From the NCBI GenBank assembly GCA_963749075.1, contig CAVVLJ010000020.1, forward strand, positions 800,001-864,000: 64,000 nt of DNA, given 5' to 3'. Made by a program: the position numbers and the translations under genes. This stretch comes from an uncultured Pseudomonadota bacterium. GTDB taxonomy: Bacteria > Pseudomonadota > Alphaproteobacteria > JACZXZ01. Under the pieces are notes generated by a model, which was given only the letters and a program-made list of their open reading frames with translations, did not search any database and had not been told where the DNA came from. This document shows, piece after piece, positions 1-8,399 of the stretch (the stretch's first letter is position 1; each line of letters opens with the position of its first letter).

Positions 1-260
1 GCGTCGACGTCGATGGCCATGCCGCCCGCAGCGCCGTACGTCATCGGCCAGTAGCTGTTGCGCCCCATGCCGCAGCCCACGTCGAGGAACGTGAGCCCTC
101 CCCAGTCGGCCGGCGCCAGGTGGACCGTCCAGCGGCGGAACTGCTCCTCGTACTCGGGCCGCATCTCCGAGTAGCGCTCCCACTCGTAGCCGAAGCGCTC
201 GGGCGAGCCGCCGCCCAGCGCCGCGGCGGGTGGAGCCGGCCGTGTCCCCCCGGTAGTCAT
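1..260 (-). CDS. Class I SAM-dependent methyltransferase (5' part; runs off window start)
   Basis: Manual translation from ATG at 260: MTTGGTRPAPP...ERFGYEWERY...LTFLDVGCGMGRNSYW...AIDVD; SAM-binding motif I LDVGCGxG; open to the window edge. Confidence 0.85.
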   Translation of the reverse strand, partial: MTTGGTRPAPPAAALGGGSPERFGYEWERYSEMRPEYEEQFRRWTVHLAPADWGGLTFLDVGCGMGRNSYWPMTYGAAGGMAIDVD

Positions 261-306
261 GCTCGAGCGCAGCTCCCTCGCTCTCCACCGGTTTCGCCGC
301 TGCCGC

Positions 307-2358
307 TCACGGCACGATCAGCACGTAGCTCGTCAGCCAAACCCCGGATATCTTGACGAGTATGGCGCGGCGCCTCCTCTCGAGGGCGGCAATGACCAGC
401 TTTGCGGTTCGCACATAGCTGGGCGAGTTGTGAAGATCATCGATCATCCCGTTGCGGAGGTCCAGCGGGTCGACCGCCATCGCCTGGAGCCCGTATGGCT
501 GGGCGCCGGCGGCAGATGTTTCTTCGCGAAGCCCCGGCGCCGCCGATTGCGGGCCGGCCGTCAGCAGCGCGCATTTGCCGGGCGCGAAGTCCTGCCATGA
601 CCTGTGGGCGCTGGCGGCCTCGAAGGCGGCGGCGCCGACCGTGTCGGGCAGCACGTAGTAGAGGGCGGTGTGCTCCACGGCGGCGGCCGGCGTCGTCTGG
701 ACCAGGTTGAAGACCAGCCGGTGGCTGCCGAGCGCGAGCGTGTAGCAGCGGGTCACCGGTCCGGCCACCATGGTCGGCGAGGCGTAGGGAAGCGTCTCCC
801 CGGCGCGGCACCGCGGCCCGGTATCGACGACCGTATCGGGAAAGTAGAAGTTGTATCGCGGAATGCGTCCGGCGTAAGCCGCCTCGAGGGCCGCATTGCC
901 ATGATCGAATTCCTCGGTCCCTCGATGCAGCGTGGCAAAGATGTTCTTCAGATCCCACGCGACGGTATCGATGGCAAAATACAGGTCGGGCGAGAAAACC
1001 ACCGTGTAGTGCTCTGCGCAGTCGTCGAAGAAGCGATCCGTCCAGCGCACCACCCTGCCGTCCAGGCGTTGCTCCGCAATGTAGTCGAGATATGTGGTGA
1101 GCGGCGAGAAATGCACCGCAAGGAATGTCACGATGGCCGCGGCCGGCAATGCCATGAGGCCGGCAGCATAGCGGGCGCGCGGCGAGCGAAAGACGGCGGG
1201 CTGAAGCAGCGGCCGGAAGAAGAGATAGCTGAGTGCGGCGAGGGCCATCGCCTGGACCACCGTTCCGCTCCCGTGAACGCGCAGCACGTGCCAATAGGCG
1301 GCAGCCGTCAGGAGAAAGACGCCGTCGAAGGCGGCGGAGGGACGCGAAAGCCGTCTCGGTCCCCGGGCGGCGATGAGCTCGACCGCGAGCCACGCGAGCG
1401 AGACGGCGAGGAGCGTCCCGGCGCCCGCGATCAAGACCTCCTCGGGAAAGTAATTGCTTCTGCGATCCAGGAAAAGCGTGACGAATACCTCGTGAAACGC
1501 GTTCTCGGCATACCTGCTTTCCGGCATGAATCCCCTGAGCTGCGACAAGGCCGAGAAGAACGCGGCGCCGGCGTCCCCCTCGTAGGCGGCGTAGAGCGCC
1601 ACGACCGCCGTCGGCAGCCCGACCGCAACGGTCACGAGCAGGACCCTGAGCGCATGGCGCCGCGGCAGGCGGGCGCATAGAACGGCGAGCGTCGCCGCCG
1701 CGAGCCAGCCCCACATCGTGAGATCGAAGAAAAGCAGACCGGAGAAAGCGCCGATCGCGACCGCCAGCCGCGTCTTGTGGCGCATAAGCCATGCCAGCTC
1801 GGACCCGATGGCATAGGCCAGCAGGATGGCAAACACGAAAACGTAGATGACGAAGAACGTCATCGTATTGACGTATTCGCCGTAGGACTGGGCGAAAGTG
1901 CAATCGACGAAGGTAAGCGTGAGGAGGAACGCCACGGCGGCCAGCTTCACGCGCATGTCGGTTCTCGCGCGCAGCAGGACGATCACCGCCGCGATCTTCA
2001 GAGCCGCTTGCACCGCCATGAAGACGGAGCCGAAGGCCGTCATGTACTCGAGCGTGAATTGCCGCGAGCCGAGCAGGGCTGCGGTCAGCCAATGCAAGCC
2101 GCGCGTAAAGAGGATCAATCCGGAATCGCCGATGTGGAGGTACCAGTAGGCGCCGCTGACGGCTGCCTGCAACGGCGGGACGAACGACCAGGTGAACCCC
2201 TCGGAGAAAGGCGTGATCCAGGCATAGCGGTAGATGATTCCGCACACTCCGTCGGCGATCAGCACGGCGACCAGGGCCGCGGAGAGCACCGTCAATGCCG
2301 AGAGCATGACGGCGCGCCACACGGCCGGTCCTCTGGCGTTTTGCCGCTGCTGAGTCAC
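307..2358 (-). CDS. Polytopic membrane protein with C-terminal soluble domain, putative GT-C-fold glycosyltransferase; paralog of 2355-4478
   Basis: 683-aa ORF with many hydrophobic segments and a soluble C-terminus; start overlaps upstream stop; glycan-locus context; function inferred. Confidence 0.7.
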   Translation of the reverse strand: MTQQRQNARGPAVWRAVMLSALTVLSAALVAVLIADGVCGIIYRYAWITPFSEGFTWSFVPPLQAAVSGAYWYLHIGDSGLILFTRGLHWLTAALLGSRQFTLEYMTAFGSVFMAVQAALKIAAVIVLLRARTDMRVKLAAVAFLLTLTFVDCTFAQSYGEYVNTMTFFVIYVFVFAILLAYAIGSELAWLMRHKTRLAVAIGAFSGLLFFDLTMWGWLAAATLAVLCARLPRRHALRVLLVTVAVGLPTAVVALYAAYEGDAGAAFFSALSQLRGFMPESRYAENAFHEVFVTLFLDRRSNYFPEEVLIAGAGTLLAVSLAWLAVELIAARGPRRLSRPSAAFDGVFLLTAAAYWHVLRVHGSGTVVQAMALAALSYLFFRPLLQPAVFRSPRARYAAGLMALPAAAIVTFLAVHFSPLTTYLDYIAEQRLDGRVVRWTDRFFDDCAEHYTVVFSPDLYFAIDTVAWDLKNIFATLHRGTEEFDHGNAALEAAYAGRIPRYNFYFPDTVVDTGPRCRAGETLPYASPTMVAGPVTRCYTLALGSHRLVFNLVQTTPAAAVEHTALYYVLPDTVGAAAFEAASAHRSWQDFAPGKCALLTAGPQSAAPGLREETSAAGAQPYGLQAMAVDPLDLRNGMIDDLHNSPSYVRTAKLVIAALERRRRAILVKISGVWLTSYVLIVP

Positions 2359-4478
2359 GGCACGATGAGCACGTAGCTCGTCATAAAAACCCCGGATATC
2401 TTGACGAGCATGGCGCGGCGCCTCTTCTCGAGGGCGGCAGTGGCGACTTCCGCGGCCCGGACATCGCCGGGCGAGTTCCGATATCTGGCTTCATCATCGA
2501 CAATTCGCTTGCGCATGGCCCGCGGATCGACTGCCATCGCCTGGAACCCGTACGACGGGGCGCCCGCGGCGGATGTCTCTTCGCGAAGCCCCTCGGCCGC
2601 TGCCGATTGCGGGCCGGCCGTCAACAGCGCGCATTTTCCGGGGGTATAATCCAGCCATGACGCGTGGGCGCTGGCGTCCTCGAAGGCAGCGCCGCCGAGC
2701 GTGTCGGGCAGGACATAGTACAACGCGGTGTGCTCTACGCCGGCGGCGGGCGTCGTCTGGACCGCGTTGAAGACCAGCCGGCGGCTGCCGAGCTCGAGCG
2801 TGTTGCAGGTGACCACGGGCCCGGCCACCATGGTCGGCGACGCGTAGGGCAGCGTTTCCCCTTCCCGGCACCGCGGCCCGATATCGATGATCGTATCCGG
2901 GAAGTAGAGCTTGTAGCGCGGTATGCGTGCGGCATACGCCGCCTCGAGCGCCGCATTTCCGTTATTGCCCGCCTCGCTGCCCCTGTGCATCGTAATCAAG
3001 AGGTTCTTCAGGTGATAGGCGATCGTATTGATCTCGAAGTAGAGGTCGGGAGTGTTGACCACCGTGTAGTGCTGGGCGCAGTCGTCGAAGAACCGATCCG
3101 TCCATTGCACGACCCTGCCGTCCAGGCGTTGCTCCGCGATGAGCACAAGATATGCGGCCAGCGGCGAGAAATGCACTGCGAGGAATGTCACGGCGGCCAC
3201 GGCCGGCAATGCCATGAGGCCGGCCGCGTAGCGGGCGCGCGGCCAGCGGAAGTCCGCGGGCTGAAGCAGCGGCCGGAAGAAGAGATAGGTGACTGCGGCG
3301 AGGGCCGTCGCCTGGGCCACCGTTCCGCTCCCGTGAACGCGCAGCACATGCCAATAGGCGGCACCCGTCAGGAGAAAGACGCCATCGAAGGCGGCGGAGG
3401 GACGCGAAAGCGGTCTCAATCCCCGCGCGGCGATAAGGTCGACCGCGAGCCATAGAAGCGCGACGGCCAAGAGTGTGCCCGCGCCCACGATGAGGACCTG
3501 CTCCGAGAAAAGCGAGCTTCGCGCGTTCAAGAAGAGCTCGAAGAAATGCTGGTAAAACGCAGGCTCGGCATACGTGTATCCCGGCATGAATCCCAGGAGG
3601 TGGGACCAGGCCGCGAAGAGCGCGGCGCCGGCGTCTCCCTCTTGGGCGGCGTAGAGCGCCGCGACCGCCGTCGGCAGGCCGACCGCAACGCTGACCAGGA
3701 GGACCCTGAGCGCATGGCGCCATGGCAGGCGCGCGCAAAGAACGGCGAGCGTCGCCAGCGTGAGCCAGCCCCACATCGCGAGATCGAAGAAAAGCAGACC
3801 GGAGAAGGCGCCGATCGCGACCGCCAGCCGCGTCTTGTGGCGCATAAGCCACGCCAGCTCGGACCCGATGGCATAGGCCAGCAGGATGGCAAACACGAAG
3901 ACGTAGATGACGAAGAACGTCATCGTATTGACGTATGCGCTATAGGAATCGGCGTAAGGGGGAACGACAAAACTGAGCGTGAAGAGGAACGCCATGGCGG
4001 CAAGCTTCACGCGCATGTCGGTTCTCGCGCGCAGCAGGACGATCACCGCCGCGATCTTCAGAGCCGCTTGTGCCGCCATGAAGACGGAGCCGAAGGTCGT
4101 CATGTACTCGAGCGTGAATTGCCCGGAGCCAAGAATCGTGGCGGTCAGCCAATGCACGCCGCGCGTAAAGAGGATCAATCCGGAATCGCCGATGTGGAGG
4201 TACCAGTAGGCGCCGGGGACGCCTGCCTGCAACGGCGGGACGAACGACCAGGTGAACCCCTCGCCGAAAGGCGTGATCCAAGCATAGTGGAAGATAATTC
4301 CGCAAACTCCGTCGGCGACCAGCACGGCGATAAGGGCCGCGGAGAGCGCCGCCAGCGCCAGGATCTCCATGATCCGCGCGGCGCCGGCGGCCTTGCACCG
4401 ACGCAGAAGGCGACAAAGTTTGTCCCCGGCGACCGTCGGCCGCTCGCTTGCGAGCCCGCTCCCCGCCGCCTTAGCCAT
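2355..4478 (-). CDS. Polytopic membrane protein, putative GT-C-fold glycosyltransferase; tandem paralog of 307-2358
   Basis: 707-aa ORF collinear with 307-2358 (offset about 2060 nt); ATG at 4478 overlaps the stop of the methyltransferase remnant; alternative start at 4370 (MEILAL). Confidence 0.7.
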   Translation of the reverse strand: MAKAAGSGLASERPTVAGDKLCRLLRRCKAAGAARIMEILALAALSAALIAVLVADGVCGIIFHYAWITPFGEGFTWSFVPPLQAGVPGAYWYLHIGDSGLILFTRGVHWLTATILGSGQFTLEYMTTFGSVFMAAQAALKIAAVIVLLRARTDMRVKLAAMAFLFTLSFVVPPYADSYSAYVNTMTFFVIYVFVFAILLAYAIGSELAWLMRHKTRLAVAIGAFSGLLFFDLAMWGWLTLATLAVLCARLPWRHALRVLLVSVAVGLPTAVAALYAAQEGDAGAALFAAWSHLLGFMPGYTYAEPAFYQHFFELFLNARSSLFSEQVLIVGAGTLLAVALLWLAVDLIAARGLRPLSRPSAAFDGVFLLTGAAYWHVLRVHGSGTVAQATALAAVTYLFFRPLLQPADFRWPRARYAAGLMALPAVAAVTFLAVHFSPLAAYLVLIAEQRLDGRVVQWTDRFFDDCAQHYTVVNTPDLYFEINTIAYHLKNLLITMHRGSEAGNNGNAALEAAYAARIPRYKLYFPDTIIDIGPRCREGETLPYASPTMVAGPVVTCNTLELGSRRLVFNAVQTTPAAGVEHTALYYVLPDTLGGAAFEDASAHASWLDYTPGKCALLTAGPQSAAAEGLREETSAAGAPSYGFQAMAVDPRAMRKRIVDDEARYRNSPGDVRAAEVATAALEKRRRAMLVKISGVFMTSYVLIVP

Positions 4479-4710
4479 GCGCCGCTCTTTCCCCTGCCTC
4501 GGCCAGGCACGGGATCGACACGCCGAAGGGCGGACGCTGCCGGGGGGCCGACCTCACGTCGAGCGAGAAGAGCGCCGGGAGCGGCGCATTGAGCGCCAGA
4601 GTATTGACCTGGACCACGCTCCCAAGCCGGATGCCGAGGCCCGCCATGATGCGAGGCACCGCCCAGATCGGGCCGAACATCAGGTAATTGAAACGATATC
4701 CTCTGAGCGG
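4458..4710 (-). pseudogene. Degenerate copy of the 3' end of the 7638-8387 methyltransferase (direct repeat of 7625-7877)
   Basis: Translates PLRGYRFNYLMFGPIWAVPRIMAGLGIRL...PPFGVSIPCLAEAGERAAHG*, collinear without indels to PLRGYHFNYLLFAPIWAARRVMAALGIRL...PPFGVSILCLAERGERAAHG*; no SAM-binding N-terminal part. Confidence 0.85.
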
Positions 4711-5042
4711 TAGCACAGCCAGCGCACAAACGGCCGATAGCCAAACAGCGCGCAACATCCGCAAGACCATTCCCCGACGCCGCCACCCGGCAAAGCTGGC
4801 TCGGTTTGTCCGAACCGACATTCCCCGGATGACCGGAGATTCGTTGCTATCGTGTGCCAATTCCGTCGCACGGACAAGCTGGTTTGAGGACGCTGGCTGC
4901 CCCAAGAGCCGAAAAGCAGCGAATTTGGCGATCATCTGGCCTCCGGAGCGTGGTTTTCACGCCTATTTCCCGGAGCGGCCTGGCGCGCAGCGAGGGCCGC
5001 TCCCGCCTGCAATGCGGTGCCTGTCGACCAGCGCGTCCCCAA

Positions 5043-5330
5043 CATCGTGAGCGCCTTCAGTCCGAACACGAGGGGCCGATCCCCCGCACCGCTCCGAGGG
5101 GAGGCGATGGCCCGCTGCGACAGGAATTCGATCTGCGTAACGGCGGAGCCGCTCTCGGTCTCGGCCGGGACCTGGAGGTCGGCCTGGCGATATGGCATGC
5201 TTGCAACGATGGCAGCACCGAAAGTATAGGGACCCTGTGCACATCCTTATGATCCGTAACGCTGACGCGATTTCGTTTCCGAATGGCCCGATGGATGCCG
5301 GCAAAAGCGATGATATGCGGCGGCCGGCGC
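5043..5330 (-). pseudogene. Probable remnant of a C-terminal beta-sandwich domain like those of the 30971-34588 protein
   Basis: Fragment QADLQVPAETESGSAVTQIEFLSQRAIASPRSGAGDRPLVFGLKALTM resembles RAVSIPGGLLGEDGELRLSLLSSPWHSPAELGLSADRRPLGLFVRSLVL; the frame is interrupted upstream. Confidence 0.35.
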
Positions 5331-5500
5331 ATGATTGGTTGCCATCGCCCTTGCCGGTGCGCAACCCGGCGGCGATGCCTCCACCAGCGCGGTTGCCCGC
5401 ATGCGACACCCTGCGCCGGACCGGTCTGCGCCAAAGCGAACGTGCCGGCAAAGCAACCGCTCCACGGTTGACCCAGGCGGTCTGAGGAATGTGGAGCAAC

Positions 5501-7570
5501 ATGCCTTTCGCAAAATCCGCCGGTCGCGACCCCGGGATATTCTTTATCATTGGTCTCGCCCTATTGGTTGTAGGGGCGGTGCTTGCGGCCACGCCGCCGA
5601 ACGACGCGACCGGAAGACTTATTGCATATTTGGCGGCATATGGGCTTTGTGCGCCCATGGCCGGGGCCTTGTCCCTTTGGGCGTTGAGGCGTGGCCTCTA
5701 TCGTCAGTGGTCGGGTCTCGTGTCGATTTTCTGCATCCTTGCCGCGCTCGCTTTCATTGCGCTAGCTGCCGCGGCTGACTTCTCGATAATGTGGAAGACA
5801 AATGCGGCGATATTCGCGAGGGGTGCGGCTTTTGGTTTCATCCTGATCGTGGGGATACTGCTTGAGGCGCGCGCGTCGCCGAAGCTATGGCCGATTGTCA
5901 TTCCCGTTCGGATTTTCGCGGTTGGCGTCATCATCTTGGCGATTGTCACAACGGCATTAGTGCAGTCGGGCGTCAATGGCAGCCTCGACTGGATCACGAC
6001 CCTCGGTGTATCTATCGGACCGGCACTCCGGGTTATGAACGGTGGCGTACCTCTGGTCGATGCATTCAGCATATACGGCCTTGGGTATTTTCTTGTGTTT
6101 GCGGCGGCCTTCTCGACGATCGTTGCACCGTCATTTCCTTCGGCCGCGTTCGTGGTGTCGCTGGCAAACGCCACCTATGTGATGGTCGCCGCCGTCATCA
6201 TGATGCGGTGCGTTCGCAGCCTCGTGTTGACCGCTGCGGCTATTGTATTGATCACCGTCGCGATCGTGCCGCAGTGGCTGGGACTTCCCCCGGCTGGCGG
6301 CTTGCGCTTCCTACCCCCATTGCTTGTGGCGTTGGGCCTTACCTTTCAACCGCTCGAACGGCGGATATCTCTGCTATCGTTGCTGCCGCTGTTGATTGCC
6401 GGATTTTGGAGCATCGAGGCGTTCGTCTGGAGCTTTCTCACCTTTTCCTGCGGGATCGGCGGCAGGCTTCTCTACGAGCGGGCGCGGCTTGCGGAATTCG
6501 TACGCTGCATTGGCGGTGCGGGGCTCATCGTGCTTGCGGCGCACGCGGTCTTCTCGATTGCGACTTACATCCTCGCAGGGCAGTGGCCGCGCTATGATAT
6601 CTACTTTGATCTGGTATGGGGCGCATACTCCGGCAACGCATGGGCCACGATTCCGTTCTCAATCGAGACTTGGGCTTGGGCTGCCGAGGGGGTGATCTAT
6701 TTCGTGGGTCTAGGCGTTGCAATCGCAAAAATTTTCGACGGGCGGTCAAGGGACGGCTCGGATTGTTTGATCGTACGGGCGATTCTTCCGGTCACCGTCG
6801 CAGGTTTACTCGGGATGTGGTACTGGGTTGGGCGCCCGTTCGCGTTCAACTTGTGGCCAACGGTCGTGCCGGCAGCAATAATTGCGACCGTCGCGGTCGA
6901 TCGTTTCTTCGCTCGATTTAGACACCGGCGAGCGCTGACATTGCTGGACTCGGTATCGATTTTCGCCGTTGGGAGCGCGCTGATCTTGCTCTCGGGCGTG
7001 GTGGGCGTGCGTGCCGGGCTCAGAGCAGGATTTTCCGAGCTGCTTTCAGGAAGCGTCAGCTTGAACGAGTATGCGCGCGAGAAGATTGAATATTTGCGGT
7101 CCCTGGAGAAGACGCCGATGGTCCCGGAGGCCTATGATCCGATCTCCTGGGATGCCTTCGAATTGGTGCGCAAGTATCAGCCGAACAAGAGGAAAGTCGC
7201 CTTATTCCTCAAATCTGGGCGTGACATTCCGGTTTACCTGCTCGCGAAGCAAAATGACGCTTTCGGAGTGAGCAGCTCGCTCGATTTTGAATCCCGAATC
7301 TGGAGTGCTAGTCTGTTAGCTCGGGCGCGGCATGCGGTTGCTCCTGGTACCTACGTCTTCATAGAGAATTCTTTCGCTGACTACTATCATGGGAGACGCC
7401 GCCCCGCACCGGACGAGAACTACGGCTACTCGGGAATCCAGTTTTTGTTTTATCCGGAGGTTCGGGATCGATACAATTTGTGCATTTTGGAGGAAAGCAA
7501 AAACGGCGTGCTCGCGACGGTGGCCAAGCTGAAGACCGACGGGTCTTGCTCAAGACCTTATGATCCCTGA
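5501..7570 (+). CDS. Polytopic membrane protein, putative GT-C-like glycosyltransferase on an A/T-richer insert
   Basis: About 690-aa ORF with numerous TM segments and a soluble C-terminal domain; A/T-richer codon usage than neighbours; opposite to the surrounding operon; start at 5501 ATG or 5489 GTG. Confidence 0.7.
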   Translation: MPFAKSAGRDPGIFFIIGLALLVVGAVLAATPPNDATGRLIAYLAAYGLCAPMAGALSLWALRRGLYRQWSGLVSIFCILAALAFIALAAAADFSIMWKTNAAIFARGAAFGFILIVGILLEARASPKLWPIVIPVRIFAVGVIILAIVTTALVQSGVNGSLDWITTLGVSIGPALRVMNGGVPLVDAFSIYGLGYFLVFAAAFSTIVAPSFPSAAFVVSLANATYVMVAAVIMMRCVRSLVLTAAAIVLITVAIVPQWLGLPPAGGLRFLPPLLVALGLTFQPLERRISLLSLLPLLIAGFWSIEAFVWSFLTFSCGIGGRLLYERARLAEFVRCIGGAGLIVLAAHAVFSIATYILAGQWPRYDIYFDLVWGAYSGNAWATIPFSIETWAWAAEGVIYFVGLGVAIAKIFDGRSRDGSDCLIVRAILPVTVAGLLGMWYWVGRPFAFNLWPTVVPAAIIATVAVDRFFARFRHRRALTLLDSVSIFAVGSALILLSGVVGVRAGLRAGFSELLSGSVSLNEYAREKIEYLRSLEKTPMVPEAYDPISWDAFELVRKYQPNKRKVALFLKSGRDIPVYLLAKQNDAFGVSSSLDFESRIWSASLLARARHAVAPGTYVFIENSFADYYHGRRRPAPDENYGYSGIQFLFYPEVRDRYNLCILEESKNGVLATVAKLKTDGSCSRPYDP

Positions 7571-7624
7571 ACTGTTCATTCGTCTAGAGCTACAGCTCGC
7601 TCAGCTCGCAGGCGAGCGGCCGGC

Positions 7625-7877
7625 GCTCCCCGCCGCCTTAGCCATGCGCCGCTCTTTCCCCTCTCTCGGCCAGGCACAGGATCGAGACGCCGAAGGGCGG
7701 GTGCAGCCAGGGGGCCGTCCTCACGTCGAGGGAGAAGAGCGCGGAGAAGAGCGCATTGAGCGCCGGCGTATTGATCTGGGCCTCGCTCTCGAGCCGGATG
7801 CCGAGGGCCGCCATGACGCGCCGCGCCGCCCAGATCGGGGCGAACAGCAGGTAGTTGAAATGATACCCCCTGAGCGG
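7625..7877. repeat. 253-bp direct repeat (intact copy; partner at 4458-4710)
   Basis: Shared gctccccgccgccttagccatgcgccgctctttcccct...tgagcgg at both positions. Confidence 0.9.
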
Positions 7878-8387
7878 GCCGAGGCCGCTCGCCGCGATGC
7901 GCGCGCGAAGCGGGCGCATGCGATAGCGCCGCTTGTGCCGCGCCACCTCGTCCTGCAGGCCCCAGAGCGAGGGGAACGCCGGCACGGTGATGAGCGCCTT
8001 GCCGCCCGGTGCGAGCACGCGCGCGATCTCGCGCAGCGCCAGCAGATCGTCGTCGACGTGCTCGATGATGTCGGTGGCCAGCACGAGATCGAAGCTCGCG
8101 TCCGCGAAGGGCAGCGCGCAGGCGTCGCCCTTCCTGACCGGCGCCAGGCCCTTGCCGGCGCAATAGCGGATCGCCTCCTCGCTGGCGTCGACCCCGATCA
8201 CGTCGCGGAAGCCGAGCTCGCGCAGCATGCGCAGGTTGGTCCCCGTGCTGGTGCCGATATCGAGGGTGCGCGCGCTCCGCGCAATGCCCGCGCGCAATAT
8301 CTCGCGCGCGAAGAGCGCGCGGCGGCCGACGAACCACCAGTGGCTCTCCTCGATCGCGGCCTCGACCTCGTAGACCGTGGCTTCCAT
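7638..8387 (-). CDS. Class I SAM-dependent methyltransferase
   Basis: ESHWWFVGRR, LDIGTSTG, GDACALPFADASFDLVLATDIIEHV, HKRRY: type common in glycan loci. Confidence 0.9.
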   Translation of the reverse strand: MEATVYEVEAAIEESHWWFVGRRALFAREILRAGIARSARTLDIGTSTGTNLRMLRELGFRDVIGVDASEEAIRYCAGKGLAPVRKGDACALPFADASFDLVLATDIIEHVDDDLLALREIARVLAPGGKALITVPAFPSLWGLQDEVARHKRRYRMRPLRARIAASGLGPLRGYHFNYLLFAPIWAARRVMAALGIRLESEAQINTPALNALFSALFSLDVRTAPWLHPPFGVSILCLAERGERAAHG

Positions 8388-8399
8388 GCCGCCCGCCGG

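Noticed and set aside
4471-4935. 154-aa ORF as a functional gene
   Set aside because: Its C-terminal half is the duplicated methyltransferase tail and the upstream part has no motif; treated as a remnant
4458-7877. Diversity-generating retroelement TR/VR pair
   Set aside because: Differences between repeat copies are not restricted to adenines and no reverse transcriptase is present in the window
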